Origin: Eledone cirrhosa
Taxonomy: Eukaryota
Assembly (NCBI GenBank): GCA_964016885.1
Contig: OZ024740.1
Span: forward strand, 313,968,001 to 314,032,000
Reading direction: 5' to 3'
DNA: 64,000 nucleotides
Shown: positions 27,661 through 40,386 of the stretch, piece after piece
Layout: every line of letters starts with the position of its first letter
Numbering within the stretch: the first letter of the stretch is position 1
Position numbers and translations under genes: made by a program
Notes under the pieces: generated by a model
Told to the model about the DNA's origin: nothing
What the model saw: the letters and a program-made list of their open reading frames with translations, nothing else
Database searches by the model: none

Positions 27661-28504
27661 GTATATATATATATATGTGTGTGTATACATGCGTGCGTGT
27701 TTGTGCGTGTGTGTATACATGCGTGCGTGTTTGTGTGTGTGTTTTTGCGTGTGTTTGTATGTATGCATGTGTGTATGTATATATTTGTTTTTTTTATTTG
27801 CATATGTGTGTGTGTCCATTTAGTTTCAAATATATCGGACGTAATCTAGGTTACATTACTGTAAAAATGTCTCTGCCTTCAATGTACATTAATGTTAGTA
27901 ATGTAGTTGTTTATCCCCAGGCCGAACCTGATTGCTCTAAACTAAGATCACAGTTATTCTAGATGCACATTATCTAATGTAGCCTTCCTTTTTAAACATT
28001 GTTGCTTTGGGAGACTACGTTAATTCCCCGTTGGATCGACTGACACTATGTCACAATTACGTTAACCAATTCAGTAATATAGCATACTGTATTACTACCT
28101 GTCTTATCTGAAAAGACATCTTGCCAGTCATCATTTGTCAAAATAAAGAGAAAAACACGTAGTGTCTGTGAAATAATCTAAAATCTTCCCGAAAGTTTGA
28201 CATGTAAAATCCCCGAGAACATCACAAATGCTACGACAGAAATAAATTGAGTCGTGAACAGCTGATCAACTTTCAAAAGATTCAGTTAGGCTTATACTAG
28301 AAAACTACATGAACGTTGAACAGTAACTTGTCTTCTTAACTGACACACACTTAACTAGTTTGAACGATGTACCACACGCACGCACTGCACTGAAAGCGAA
28401 GCAATCCACCTCACTAACAGAATAGAACTTTAAGAGATTTGCAAGTAAATAACTTATTGTATTTTGCTTGACACTCTACCGATTCTTCTGCCATCCACTA
28501 CCCT

Positions 28505-28965
28505 CAATAATTGTTTCTGATTTAGGCACAAGGCCAATATTTTTTTTTTGGGGGGGGGGGGGGGCAGTCGATTAGCTCGACCCCAGTGCGTTACTGGTAC
28601 TTTATTTTGTCGACCTCATAAGGATGAAAGGCAAAGTTAATCTCGGCGGGATTATAAACCAGAAAGTAAAGGGTCGCAATTCTATGCCCCAAACATGTTA
28701 TCCGAACTCTTTTTACACTGCCAATCCACTACTCTCACCAGCCCCTGTAATGGTTTCTTATATAGGCACTAGGCCATTCATTTGGAGATGGGATAGTCGA
28801 TTAAATCGACCCCAGTGCGTCATTGGTACTATATTTTATCAACCCCGTAAGGATGAAAGGCAAGGCTAACCTCGATAGAATTTGAACTCAGAACCTAAAG
28901 AACCGTAACTCTATGCCGCAAAACGTTGTCCAACGCTCTACCAACACTACCAACCCAACGCCTTC
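28505..28965 (-). mobile_element. Two tandem long-form main-family SINEs
   Basis: Two successive units gtttct..aggcac.aggcca...gtcgatta..tcgaccccagtgcg...aggatgaaaggcaa...ccaatccac. Confidence 0.8.
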
Positions 28966-29246
28966 ACCACCGTCAATAATAACAGTAATGAAAAAATAAA
29001 TTGCTAAGGAAACTACTGATGAATATATGTCTATCTTATTGAAAAAAGTTAATTTACTATGCAGACAATATTTTCATTGAAAAAGTAGGAACCACTCACT
29101 CAGCTATTTTTTTTGCACATAATTAGACATTGGAATTCCACTAACATGACAGTGAAAAAACAAACTGTGACGTTTTCATTAATGGACTCATTGCCGTAAA
29201 TTATTTCTTTGTAATGAAAATATAAATAAGACAAGTTAAATAAAAA

Positions 29247-29652
29247 TGATGTTTTCTACTTTTGGCACAAGGCCAGTAATTATCCCAGTGTATTACTGGT
29301 GCTTTATTTTATCGACCCCGTAAGAATGAAAGGCAAAGTTAACCTCGGTGGGATTTGAACTCAGATCGTAAAGGGCCATAACTTTATGCTGAATAATAAT
29401 TGTTTCTACTTTTGACACAAAGCCAGCAATTATCCTAGTGCATTACTGGTACTTTATTTTATCGGCCCCGTAAGGATGAAAGGCAAGGTTTACCTTGGCG
29501 GGATTTGAACTCAGACCGGAAAGGGGCGTAACTCTATACTGCAAAGCATGGTGTCCGACCCTCTACTGATACTGCCAATCCAATAATAATTGTTTCTACT
29601 TTTGGCACAAGGCCAGCAATTATCCCAGTGTATTACTGGTACTGCCAATCCA
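29247..29652 (-). mobile_element. Tandem cluster of three short-form main-family SINE units
   Basis: Three starts ttgtttctacttttg(g/a)cacaa(g/a)gccag at ~29250, 29400 and 29590. Confidence 0.85.
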
Positions 29653-30307
29653 ATAACAATAACAAGTAAGTATGTTTTGAAACAGCGAGCAAGTTTGAAA
29701 TTAGAAATAGCTTTCGCCGTATTTTTTAACTAAAGAAATTTTAGCCTGATAATGGAGCTGTTACAGCCGGTGCCGCTGGCCATTGTCTGCGGAAATGTCT
29801 TTGCCATTTTGTCCGTGGGGTGCAACCGAAACACCTCTGCCCATTCTTTCTTCCTTTGTCTAGTAGTCCCAAAATGATGGCCCATCAAATGATGACCCGT
29901 ATATAGAACTACTGAAGTCCTGAGAGAACACGAGAGACTTCGGGTTTCAGTGGAATACGCTGGTGTTTGAATTCGTGAAATATAGGCAACATTCAGTGAT
30001 CGGAGTGACAGTCAGCTCTGATCTTACCCTAGCTCCTATAAGACTGAGTTAATGCCAGTTGTTTTTATATTTATTTACTATACCAATTTTTTAATATGTA
30101 AACTCCCAATTCATTATATTACAGTTTTTGTAGGAGGTGGGGCATTTATTATATACATATGTCTGTTATGAATTTTTGAATGTGGTGGCAGGAGCCACCT
30201 ACCTTTAAATTTCATAGCTAAAGGCTTTCAAATGTTTATTTGTAACTATATCGCATATTATTCCATAGACAAACTTTACGTACTTATATGTTGGAGCGAA
30301 CACCTTA

Positions 30308-30382
<75 letters not shown>

Positions 30383-31176
30383 AACTGATTCTCACACATT
30401 TTGTAACTCCTTATGTATGACACGTTTTTATTTTATGTAAAGATCCTTGTGAACAATAACATCAACATCAACAACAATAATAACTAATATTATTACTGTT
30501 ATTATTATCATTATTAAAACTATAGCTGTATCCTTGGCTTTCTTAGACTGTCTGAAGTAAGTCAGGCTTAATTCCGGAAGCTGATTACAAGGCCTGAGTA
30601 GATCCTTCCTCGCGGACAGGATGTGGTGCATGTAATGGAGAAATTATCCTCTAAGTAGCCACCCGACACCCGAAACACGAGACCCATGGCACGTGACACG
30701 TAACGTTTCTTAATATTGCAGTCTTAGTTTGAAAAAAAAAAAAGTTTCGTTTTCTACTACTGGCGAATACTATGTCAGCAGCATTAATATAGAAAGCTGT
30801 CTCGTTTCTTAAAACCACCTTCCTGACATATTAACTTTGGCTACAACACTACACCAACCCACAAACGTACATACACCCGCACATACATGCATGCATACAT
30901 AAACACATGCACACGCAGACACACTGACATGCACATACACACGCAGACACACTGACATGCACATACACATACATACACACATACACATATATACATGCAA
31001 ATAACACACACGTACACGAGCAATTCTTCCTACGTTATACATGTGTTCACGCAAATATGTATATACATAATTACATTTATACATACATGCATTTATACAT
31101 ACATACATAGGATACATTATCACACACACACACATACACACACACACCCATACACACACACACATACATACAGGCA

Positions 31177-31234
<58 letters not shown>

Positions 31235-31569
31235 GGATCTGTCAATTATAATTTGATTCCTAATTAGGATATATTTTAGAGATTAATGGAATATATCATG
31301 TAAATACAGTTTAATAGAAAAAGAAAAAAAAAGAAACTTTAGATTGAGAAGAAAGAATGCAATGTAAAACAGGAAAATATAAAGAAAAAGAAATCTGACC
31401 GTGTACTTGACTGTTAGTATATTTTATAGACCCTAAAATGATGAAAGGCAAAGTTGACATTTTGTTCGACATACTAATGATTTCATCAAATGTCGGATTT
31501 GACGTAAAATATTCCAGTTATTCGACCAAAGGAATTATATTCTCATTGTATTATTGTGTGACCAAGTTA

Positions 31570-31790
31570 GGGTGGTGGATTGGCAGTATCGGTAAAGAGC
31601 GGACACTATGCTGTGCAGTATAGAGTTACAGCACTTTACGGTCTGATTTCAAATCCCACCGAGGTTAACTTTGCCTTTCATCCTTACGGGGGTTTATAAA
31701 ATAAAGCACCAGTCGCGTACTGGGGTCGAGTTAATCGACTTTACCCTCCCCCAAAATTGCTGGCCTTGTGCCTATATAAGAAACCATTAT
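31570..31790 (+). mobile_element. Full-length long-form main-family SINE
   Basis: ggtggtggattggcagtatcggt...tttcaaatcccaccgaggttaactttgcctttcatccttacgggg...gctggccttgtgcctatataagaaaccattatt. Confidence 0.85.
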
Positions 31791-31896
31791 TGTGTGACCA
31801 AGTATTTCCATAGACTTTTGTTTTCTTAACATAATCCACAATTATAATAGTGACACTATTTGGAGCAAGTCTCGTCCTTTGAATTATAAGTATAAT

Positions 31897-32082
31897 TGTT
31901 TCTACTTTTGGCACAAGGCCAGCAATCACCCAGTGTATTACTGGTACTTTATTTTATCGACCCCCATAAGGATGAAAGGCAAAGTTAACCTCGGCGGGAT
32001 TTGAACTCAGAATGGCATGGGCCGTAACTCTATGCGTCAAAGCATGGCGTCCGACCCTCTACCGATACTGCCAATCCACCGC
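31897..32082 (-). mobile_element. Young full-length short-form SINE with a perfect 21-bp TSD
   Basis: TSD cctttgaattataagtataat at 31876-31896 and 32083-32103; intact A and B boxes. Confidence 0.92.
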
Positions 32083-32434
32083 CCTTTGAATTATAAGTAT
32101 AATGGAGTAGAGGAGCTACCACATCAGAGGAGCTCCCATATCAGAGGAGTACTCACACATATACACATACACAGACACATATGCACAAGCACACATAAAC
32201 ACTCACACGCACATATATACATGCATATACACACACAAACACGCATACATATACATGCATACACAAATACATATATGTATGTATGCACGTATGCATGTAT
32301 GTATGTATGTAGGTTATACATATACCTACATACACTGAATGTATCCTATGTATGTAGGTTATACATATACCATACATGCACTGTATATACATATATACTG
32401 TCCTACCATGCACTCTATATACATATATACAGTG

Positions 32435-32993
32435 CATGATCGGATCGTCGGCAACTAAACCGCCAACCCCACCAAACTTGCTTGGTGAGGAGGCTGATTT
32501 TGGACACCCTGCAGGATGAAAAACTAAATCCCCCAAAGGGCCGAGGAATGCAGGAGAGTCAACGGCCATCTAATAAAGAATTTTTTTTTTTTTCTTGTGG
32601 AGCGAGAGACCCCTAGTCTTCATTAAGACATCTCTCTAGGAGAAGGTCACTCTGATATAAAACCTGCGATTTCGGTTGCATCCAAAGATGTAGACTAATT
32701 TGTCTTTCGGGGCAAATTCATTCGATGTTCAGAGAGTGGGGCTGGCTCCGTGCAAAGCGATTCATCATTTTAAAAATGTTCAAGCACAGGCATCGCTTGA
32801 AATGTGAATTTTTTTTTCTTTTTTTTTTTGCGATGCATGGCATTGCTGGCCATAGGCAGTACTAAAAAGCCATGTCCGTGATAGTCATGCATTAAGTATC
32901 AAGCGATGGTAGGCAGTACTAAAAAGCCATGTCCGTGATAGTCATGCATTAAGTATCAAGCGATGGTATTACTTGAAATCGAGTTGCAGCCAT
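32435..32993 (+). mobile_element. Non-autonomous element resembling an RTE 5'UTR-derived repeat, copy 1
   Basis: Colinear with 34686-35238 (ggc.actaaac.gc.aaccccacca...ctaggagaagg..aactctgatataa...cgagttg.cagcca); contains a 57-bp tandem duplication at ~32853-32966. Confidence 0.6.
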
Positions 32994-33399
32994 CATGTAT
33001 ATGTATCATATTTCTATGTCTATATATCTAATGTATGTATATTCTTGTATATATGTACGCATACGTGACATTGCGCGTGTGGATATATAGAAATATGCAT
33101 ACGCTTACGTATCTATATGTGGGTATGTGGACATACTAAAGATTAAACTTTTAGAATGTTTCCATTAAATCCTTACGATCTCATTTAAGCTCGTTTCCCT
33201 CATACACCACTTGATTTACACTGTCACATTCTCATATATCTCTATATTCTCTCACGCTGACACTTATTTTCTCTTGTACTGACACATCGTTTCACACTAA
33301 CATAGTCTTTTACCCTGACACCTTCTCTCGCGCCTATGTTTTCCCATACAGACATCTCCTCTAATATTGATATGTTCTCTCACACTGATACATTCACAG

Positions 33400-33883
33400 C
33401 ATTCGGTAATCAAAGGAAGGGAGGTAGGCGTAAAAGCCAAACTCGCTATCTTAAATTCGGTATTCGTGCCAACCCTCACCTATGGTCATGAATCTTGGAT
33501 AATGACCGAAAGAATCCGATCGCAAATACAAGCAGCCGCAATGGGATTCCTCCGAAGGGTCTTTGGAGTAATGTCACCCGATAGAGTCCATAGCTCTGAG
33601 ATCAGAGAGTCACTCCAGGTACAACCACCACTTCTCCTAATTGAGAGATCACAGCTCCGATATTACGGGCATGTGGTTAAAATGACAGAATTTAAGGGCA
33701 AAACCAACCGGCAGGAGACCCAGGGGTAGACCCTGAGCAAGATGATTGGGTAACACCCATGAGCTTGACTGCTTTCGCTTGGGGATCCCGCCGAATCAAT
33801 TGGAGACGATTGTTTCTGATAAGACCTGATGGAAGAAGTGTTTGAGGTCTCTGTCTCCACGACTCTCTCAAGAAGAAGAAGAA
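33400..33883 (+). pseudogene. 5'-truncated RTE-clade LINE (Expander/Rex3-like) C-terminal ORF fragment with (AAG)n tail
   Basis: KAKLAILNSVFVPTLTYGHESWIMTERIRSQIQAAAMGFLRRV...DRVHSSEIRESLQVQPPLLLIERSQLRYYGHVVKM, then a frameshifted RRPRGRP segment; ends aagaagaagaagaa. Confidence 0.9.
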
Positions 33884-34258
33884 ATCTGACTGACTGACAC
33901 ATTCTTTGTAACTCACACATTCAAGAATACTAACAGATTCCTTCACATTAACATCAACCCGAACATTTTATAATTAATGATACAAGAATCTTCGCATTAT
34001 CACATTCCTCTCTCATACTGACACATGTAATCATGCTTACTGACACGTTTTATCACGGCCAGGCATTCTCTCACGCATAAAACATTCTTTCCTACTGTTA
34101 CATTCTCACGCATTCGCGCATTATCTCATACTGACGCGTTCCACTTTACTGGCACATTACATGATGTATGTATGTATGTATGTGTGTATGTATGCATGTA
34201 TGTATCTATGTATGTATGTGTATATCTATACATGTATGTATGTATGTGTATGGATGGT

Positions 34259-34320
<62 letters not shown>

Positions 34321-34576
34321 ACCATCCATACACATACATACATACATGTATAGATATACACATACATACATACATAGATACATACACACATATGTCTCAT
34401 ATGAAATAATACAGCCAATTTTCCACGCAATATTTTTAGTTAGCACCCCGAACGCTTAATTAGGAATATAATCACTTATTTCCTAATATTTGTTGAGTGA
34501 GTTGGAATTTGGCCGGAGTATCGCTAAAAAGCTTTCTCCGATATTGTATTTATATATATATATATATATTATATAT

Positions 34577-34650
<74 letters not shown>

Positions 34651-34685
34651 TGTATGTATGGATGTATATATGCATGTATCCCAGT

Positions 34686-35238
34686 ACAACCTGTCTCATG
34701 GTCGGGTCGTTGGCGACTAAACTGGCAACCCCACCAAGGTTTCTTGGTGAGGAGGGTGGCTTTGGACATCCTGCAGGACTAAAAACAAAACCTGTCAAAG
34801 GGCAAAGGAGCTCTTAAGAGTCAATGGCCATCCAAAATCACTGGGAGAGATGACCCCTTAGCCTTTGTCAAGGCAGAATTCTAGGAGAAGGAAAACTCTG
34901 ATATAACACCTGCAACCCTGATGGTATCCAATGATGTTGACTTATTCTTCTTTTTGGTAAATATCATCTTGGTTAAGAGAGTGGGACTGGCTTTGCTCAC
35001 TATAAAAGCTTCACGGCACAGGCATTGCTTTATATCTGGAGATCTCTCTGCACTTGTCGTCACATGGTACCATGGGCCCAGTACCATGTGTCAATAATTG
35101 TCACAAGTGTAGCGTTTGTACCAGAGTGTTCAAGTCGCTGGCTGCACTAAAAAAATCACACTCGTAGGGTTCGGTAGGGGTTCTCCTACATGGATATAAA
35201 GTAGTGGCCGTATTCGAAAACGAGTTGGCAGCCACCAT
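34686..35238 (+). mobile_element. Non-autonomous element resembling an RTE 5'UTR-derived repeat, copy 2 (3' part repeated at ~35335-35462)
   Basis: Similarity to 32435-32993; motif ctaggagaaggaaaactctga; flanked by (TATG)n-like sequence. Confidence 0.6.
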
Positions 35239-36101
35239 ATATGCATGTATGTAGATATGTATGTATATATGTATATTGTGAGCACTGGGAAGAATGCGCT
35301 AGCGACCGATCGCAGTGGAGGAAAGCGGTGGCTAGTGGCATGGTCACAAGTGTCGTGTTTGTACCAGAGTTTTCAAGTCGCTGGCTGGACTAAACAGCGA
35401 CACTCGTTCAACGCATCGGTAAGGGTTCTCCTACATGGATATAAACGAGTTGGCAGCCACCATGTATGTATTTATGTATGGAACCGCAACTCTTGATAGT
35501 CATAGGGGCACCATCGTAACATACGACGTGTGTGAGCCACTTTAAACATGGCTGAACCCATCCTCTCTCCAGGTCTGAACCGAGTCGACTTCTTGCTATG
35601 AAGAGATAAAGAGGAAGTGTGTGTGTGAGAGAGAGAGGGGGGGAAGAGAGAGAGTTAGAGAGATAGTAAAAGGGATGGAATGAGAAAGAGATAAAGAGGA
35701 AGAAGTGACCCCAGTACTGGACCAGTACTTTTTTCAGCGACCTCGAAATGATGAAAGACAATGCTGACCTCGTCAGGATTCGAACTCAAAGTGCATAGAG
35801 AGCCGGAACAAATATCACAAGGCATTCAATTCAACGTTCTAATGACCAGTAATTCGAGTGCTGATATATAATGACTAGGGAAATTCTTTTAGACCTTAAA
35901 ATCTTGAGTTTGTTGACCTTATTTTTAGACCTTAGAAAATGTTTATACCTTATATAGACCTAAGGATATTATAAATTGTATCAGAAGTTTTATTATTCAT
36001 TAAAAAAATAAACATCAAATCACAAAATCATTGATGACACTCTTTAAAACAATGACGTTTTCAAATCCAACAATTCCCTCCTCCCCCTTCCCCCTTCTCT
36101 T

Positions 36102-36148
<47 letters not shown>

Positions 36149-36633
36149 GGTTCTTATTTATTTACTTCCCCTTTCACTCTCAGTCTGTTTTATTCTCTAT
36201 ATTTTTGTCAGTCTTTATTTCTCTCACTATCTACCTCTCTTTCTCTGTCTCTCTCCCCCCTCTCTCTCTCTCTCTCTCTCAATTCGTGTCTTTCTTTCTT
36301 TCCTCCTCACTTCTCTCTCACAGACATTTCTTAGTATTTTAAACTTCCTGTTACATACCCAGCCGCCATTGTATATATTCTTACCCCAGCCCCTCACTCT
36401 CTTTCTTACATTGATTCCTCTTTATTCTATTTCCTTTTCGCCGCTATTTTCTTTTCCTATCTTCCTTTTTTCCTTCTTTTCTTTCTTTCCTTCTGTTCTT
36501 TCTCTCATTCATTCTTATTCTCTCCATCTTCATTCTTTCCAGCTCTGTCTTTTTCTGACATCTACCCAGCCACATCCTGCTCTTCTCACCCTGCTCTTCT
36601 CTTCTATCTCTCTGTCACTCTGCCTGTTCCATT

Positions 36634-36755
36634 CTCTTCTTCTTCTTCTTTTTCTTCTTCTTCTTCTTCTTCTTCTTCTTCTTCTTCTTCTTCTTCTTCT
36701 TCTTTCCTCTTCTTCTTCTTCTTCTTCTTCTTTCCCCTTCTTCTTCTTCTTCTTC
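36634..36755. repeat. (CTT)n microsatellite in a long polypyrimidine region
   Basis: Direct reading. Confidence 0.95.
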
Positions 36756-37174
36756 CTCTCACAACACAAACACAGTCTCTTCTAGTGAGAAGTGGGAACA
36801 GTGTATTTCATTGATTCTTCGCCTGAAGTGGTGGCAAGTCTCACTTCCATTTCTTAGCAGACGCCCTTTCACGTCACCACCACGGCTGGATAATCTCTGC
36901 ATACACATCACTTCGAGATAACATCCCGACCAACACCACCACCACCACCACCACTACTACTAACACCAATGCTACTATTTTCGACACAATCATCATCATC
37001 ATCCACGTCATCATTAGCCTCAAAAAATACCAACACATCACTCTTCCACCATTTTACCGGCCATTCAATATCACAGCTAAACAACCATCTCCACCATCTC
37101 CAAATATCAAAACGTGACGAGCCAACAACGGAGCTTCTACGTGGTTACTCGTAATGCTAGTATTAGCAGAATAA

Positions 37175-37422
37175 TGTATGTGGTTAGAATGTCTCAGGAA
37201 AGAATCGGTGGACAGATTTTACAGGCAAAACCAGCCAACAAGAGACTCAGGGGTAGACCCCGAGCAAGATGGTTGGATAACATCCATAACTTTGGATGAT
37301 CTCGCTTGGGGATCCAGCCTGATTAGTTGGAGTCAGTTGCTACTGACAGGACTCGCTGGAAGAAGTGTTAGAGGACTCTGCCCCCAGGGCTCTCTCATGA
37401 ATAAATGGGAGAAGAAGAAGAA
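37175..37422 (+). mobile_element. Second 3' fragment of the RTE LINE
   Basis: YVVRMSQERIGGQILQAKPANKRLRGRPRARWLDNI; DNA is colinear with 33670-33883; ends gagaagaagaagaa. Confidence 0.85.
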
Positions 37423-38239
37423 TGTAGACCTGAATACATAAGAACAAGAAACTGTGTGGTTATGAGTGGAATGCCTTTCATCATAGGTCTGCTCAATTAG
37501 TGTTGACCTCAGGCTAAACAGTAACAACTATAATGACGTGACTTACGATATTTCTCCAACATTTCAAGTTACAAACACCAACGTTATACCATCTACAATT
37601 TCTCCTTCTTTCTCTCGTTTCTATTTCCTCTCCACTTTCAATCTTCTTTTTTTTTTCTTCCTATCTTCAAACTTTATCTTTTTACTTTCTCTTTTTTTCT
37701 TTCGTCCATTTTTCTTTTTCGTTCCTTTTTCGTTCCTTTTTCGTTTTTTTTTTGTTTTTTTTTTGTTTTTTGCGAGGTTCGCCTTATTTCCGTCCGTTTT
37801 TCTTTATTTTTGTCTGTCTTTCTTATTCACTTCTTTGTCCTTACCTTTTCCCCTTCTTTCTTTCATCTTTATTTCTTTAAATCTTGATTTCTTTCTCAGT
37901 TTCTTTCTCTTCTATTCTCTCCGTCTTTTTTTCCATCTTACTTTCATTCTTTTCTCGTTTTACTCTTTATTCCCACCGCCAAACATTTCACTAAACAAAC
38001 GACTGTATAGTCCCCTCCTCCGACCGCCCACCTCTTCGCTAACATCCTCGTCTGGTTTTTCTTTTCCATCTATAGATATCATCTTCGTGTCTGACATCTT
38101 TTACCACATCAAACTTACTTTTGTTTTTATTCTGTTTATGTATATAATATATTGTATTGTACAAAACTAGTGTGGTAAATAACTATATTCATATATATTA
38201 GGTCTAAACATAATGGAATAAAATTCCCATTGTCACTAA

Positions 38240-38620
38240 CTCCATCTCTCTCGCTCTCCCCATCTCCCACTATTATATGTAAATGGAAGCCCGGTGGATT
38301 GGCAGTATCGGTAGAGAGTCGGACATCATGCTTTGAAGCATAGAGTTACGTCCTTTTATGATCTAAGTTCAAATCCCGCCGAGGTTAACTTTGCCTTTCA
38401 TCCTTACGGGGTCGATAAAATAAAGTACCAGTAATGTACTGGGTATTTGCTGGCTTTGTGCCAAAAGTCGAAACAATTATATGTAAATGGAAGCCCACGT
38501 ACTGGCCGACAGAGAGAATAGAGAAGGCGTTTTCTCGGATGATGTTGAGGGTAGCCAACCCCATGCCGATGGTGGTGAATAAGGTGGTCCTAAAACCACG
38601 GGCATCAGAAGTCTGCACTG
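38240..38620 (-). mobile_element. 3' end of a CRE-clade RLE retrotransposon interrupted by a SINE
   Basis: Minus-strand VQTS...LNIIRENAFSILS matches the copies at 42715 and 45328; SINE 38293-38475 inserted with a 21-bp TSD. Confidence 0.7.
38293..38475 (+). mobile_element. Short-form main-family SINE with a 21-bp TSD
   Basis: attatatgtaaatggaagccc at 38272-38292 and 38476-38496. Confidence 0.92.
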
Positions 38621-38789
38621 TTTATTATTTAAAGAAGTCATTTTTGTATTTAATCATTCATTTGCATTCATTGCTGTGATTGTGTTGCTTTGCATCACGT
38701 GGGTTCGGGTTCAGTCCGACTGTGTGGGACCTTGAGCAAATGTCTATACGTTCAGGTTGACCTTGAGAGGGAAATTTTGGAAATGAAAA

Positions 38790-39050
38790 TGGCTTTGTGG
38801 TTAAGGAAATGGATTCGCAATCTCAAGATCTCAAGATTGCGAGTTAGAATCCTGAACCAGGCGATGCGTAATGTCCTTGAGAGCAAGACACTTTATTTCA
38901 CGTTGCTCCTTCTGCTAGGAGCTGCAACCGGTAGATAGTATTATAGTGTTAGCAATTAGAAAGACCAATGGAAACATTACTTCATTGGTCCGATTTGACA
39001 AGTTCCACCTCACTCGGTTAGCGAATGAGGTCTGGGAACTTGTCGATCGA
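38790..39050 (+). mobile_element. CORE-type SINE (tail type 3)
   Basis: tggctttgtggttaagg...atgtccttgagagcaagacactttatttcacgttgctcc...gaaagaccaatggaaacatt...cttgtcgatcga. Confidence 0.75.
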
Positions 39051-39087
39051 TATATTTATACACGTATATATGTTCATATATATACAG

Positions 39088-39135
<48 letters not shown>

Positions 39136-39614
39136 GTTATTCCATTCATCATTAGCTCTGTCATGACATTGATGTCTGGGCCTTTAAATTTTATTGTGCC
39201 ATATTTATGCAAATGACATCTATAAATTTAGCTCCGGGATAACTTAATAAAATCTATTTGAGATTTATAATGTAAAGTTTACTTCTCTTGAGTTTTTTTT
39301 TTATGTCAGAATATGACACTTATTACAAGTAATATGTGTCACCCGTCTCAGCCTATTAGATTATAGTGATCGAGGAAAAGAAGAATGTTTTTGTTGTTTA
39401 TTTAATTAGGTTAGCCATTCATATTGATAAGAACTATGGAGTTAATGTTGACTTTGAACTTACATAAGTCGATTTCTGATGGAAATGCTTAACATATTTA
39501 CAGCTTTGAGAAGGAATAAGTAGACATATTTTTGTGCAAAGTCCGAGACGTGTAACACAGTAGAGACAACCAGACGATGTGAGAAATTCATCGAGATAAT
39601 AGGCTTTGGTGAAG

Positions 39615-39725
39615 AGGGGTGAGCTCACAATCGTACGGTTGTGAGTTCGAATCCAGGACCGGGTAGTGAGTTGTGTTTTTGAGCAAAACACTTTATTTCA
39701 CGTTGCTCCAGTTCACTCAGCTGTA

Positions 39726-39730
<5 letters not shown>
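39615..39730 (+). mobile_element. 5' part of a CORE-type SINE, broken by a (TA)n/fold-back cassette
   Basis: B-box gagttcgaatcc; tgtttttgagcaaaacactttatttcacgttgctccagttcactcagctg. Confidence 0.75.
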
Positions 39731-39753
<23 letters not shown>

Positions 39754-39760
<7 letters not shown>

Positions 39761-40149
39761 GAATAGTGATGAATGGAAAATATCTTTATAAAACCATATT
39801 TATTTTATTATACGTGTTTCAAGGGTACTAATATTTAAGTACGCTTTCGTCAGATAAAATATATTTGGTGTTAAGATAGTGACATATCTTCGAGTGGACT
39901 TAATGGTATAAGTCCACTCGAAGATATGTCACTATCTTAACACCAATTATTATATCTTATCTGACGAAAGCGTACTTAAATATTGGTACTCTCGAAACAC
40001 GTATAATAAAATAAATATGGTTTTATAAAGATATTTTCCATTTATTAATATTCTTAATATTAATGATACTCCAGATAAATACTGTAGAGTGCTTCTAATC
40101 TGTTGAAAAATTAACTTTGTTGAATAATCAACAAACCATATAACTCATT

Positions 40150-40152
<3 letters not shown>
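39754..40152 (+). mobile_element. Fold-back hammerhead element, family D
   Basis: ~150-bp arms 39754-39902/39909-40060 around atggta; tail 40061-40152 with tactc...gagtgc; (TA)n on both sides. Confidence 0.85.
39801..39861 (-). ncRNA. Minimal type I hammerhead ribozyme motif (family D; mirror copy at ~39953-40013 +)
   Basis: Minus strand: TATTTTAT-CTGACGA-aagcgtact...agtaccctt-GAAA-CACGTA-TA-ATAAAATA; 8-bp stem I. Confidence 0.7.
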
Positions 40153-40212
<60 letters not shown>

Positions 40213-40213
<1 letters not shown>

Positions 40214-40386
40214 CAAAGAAAATGTGGTAAGAAACCAGGTGGACCATACACACCGGAGTACTTGATACTTAGGGTAGTAGAGTGAATAATAGGAAAAGGG
40301 TCAGGACCCCGACAGCTGAGCTATAGTTCGGATCTAGCTGTCGAAACGGCCGGAGCTCAGCCGTCGAGGTCCTGATTCTTTTCCTA
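40213..40386 (-). mobile_element. Fold-back element, family B copy 4
   Basis: Tail acaaagaaaatgtggtaag...gtacttgatacttagggtagtagagtg, then arms taggaaaagggtcaggacc.../...ggtcctgattctttttccta. Confidence 0.8.

Noticed and set aside
31897-32082. tRNA genes suggested by A/B boxes
   Set aside because: The boxes belong to SINE heads followed by non-tRNA bodies, tails and TSDs; no cloverleaf is supportable.
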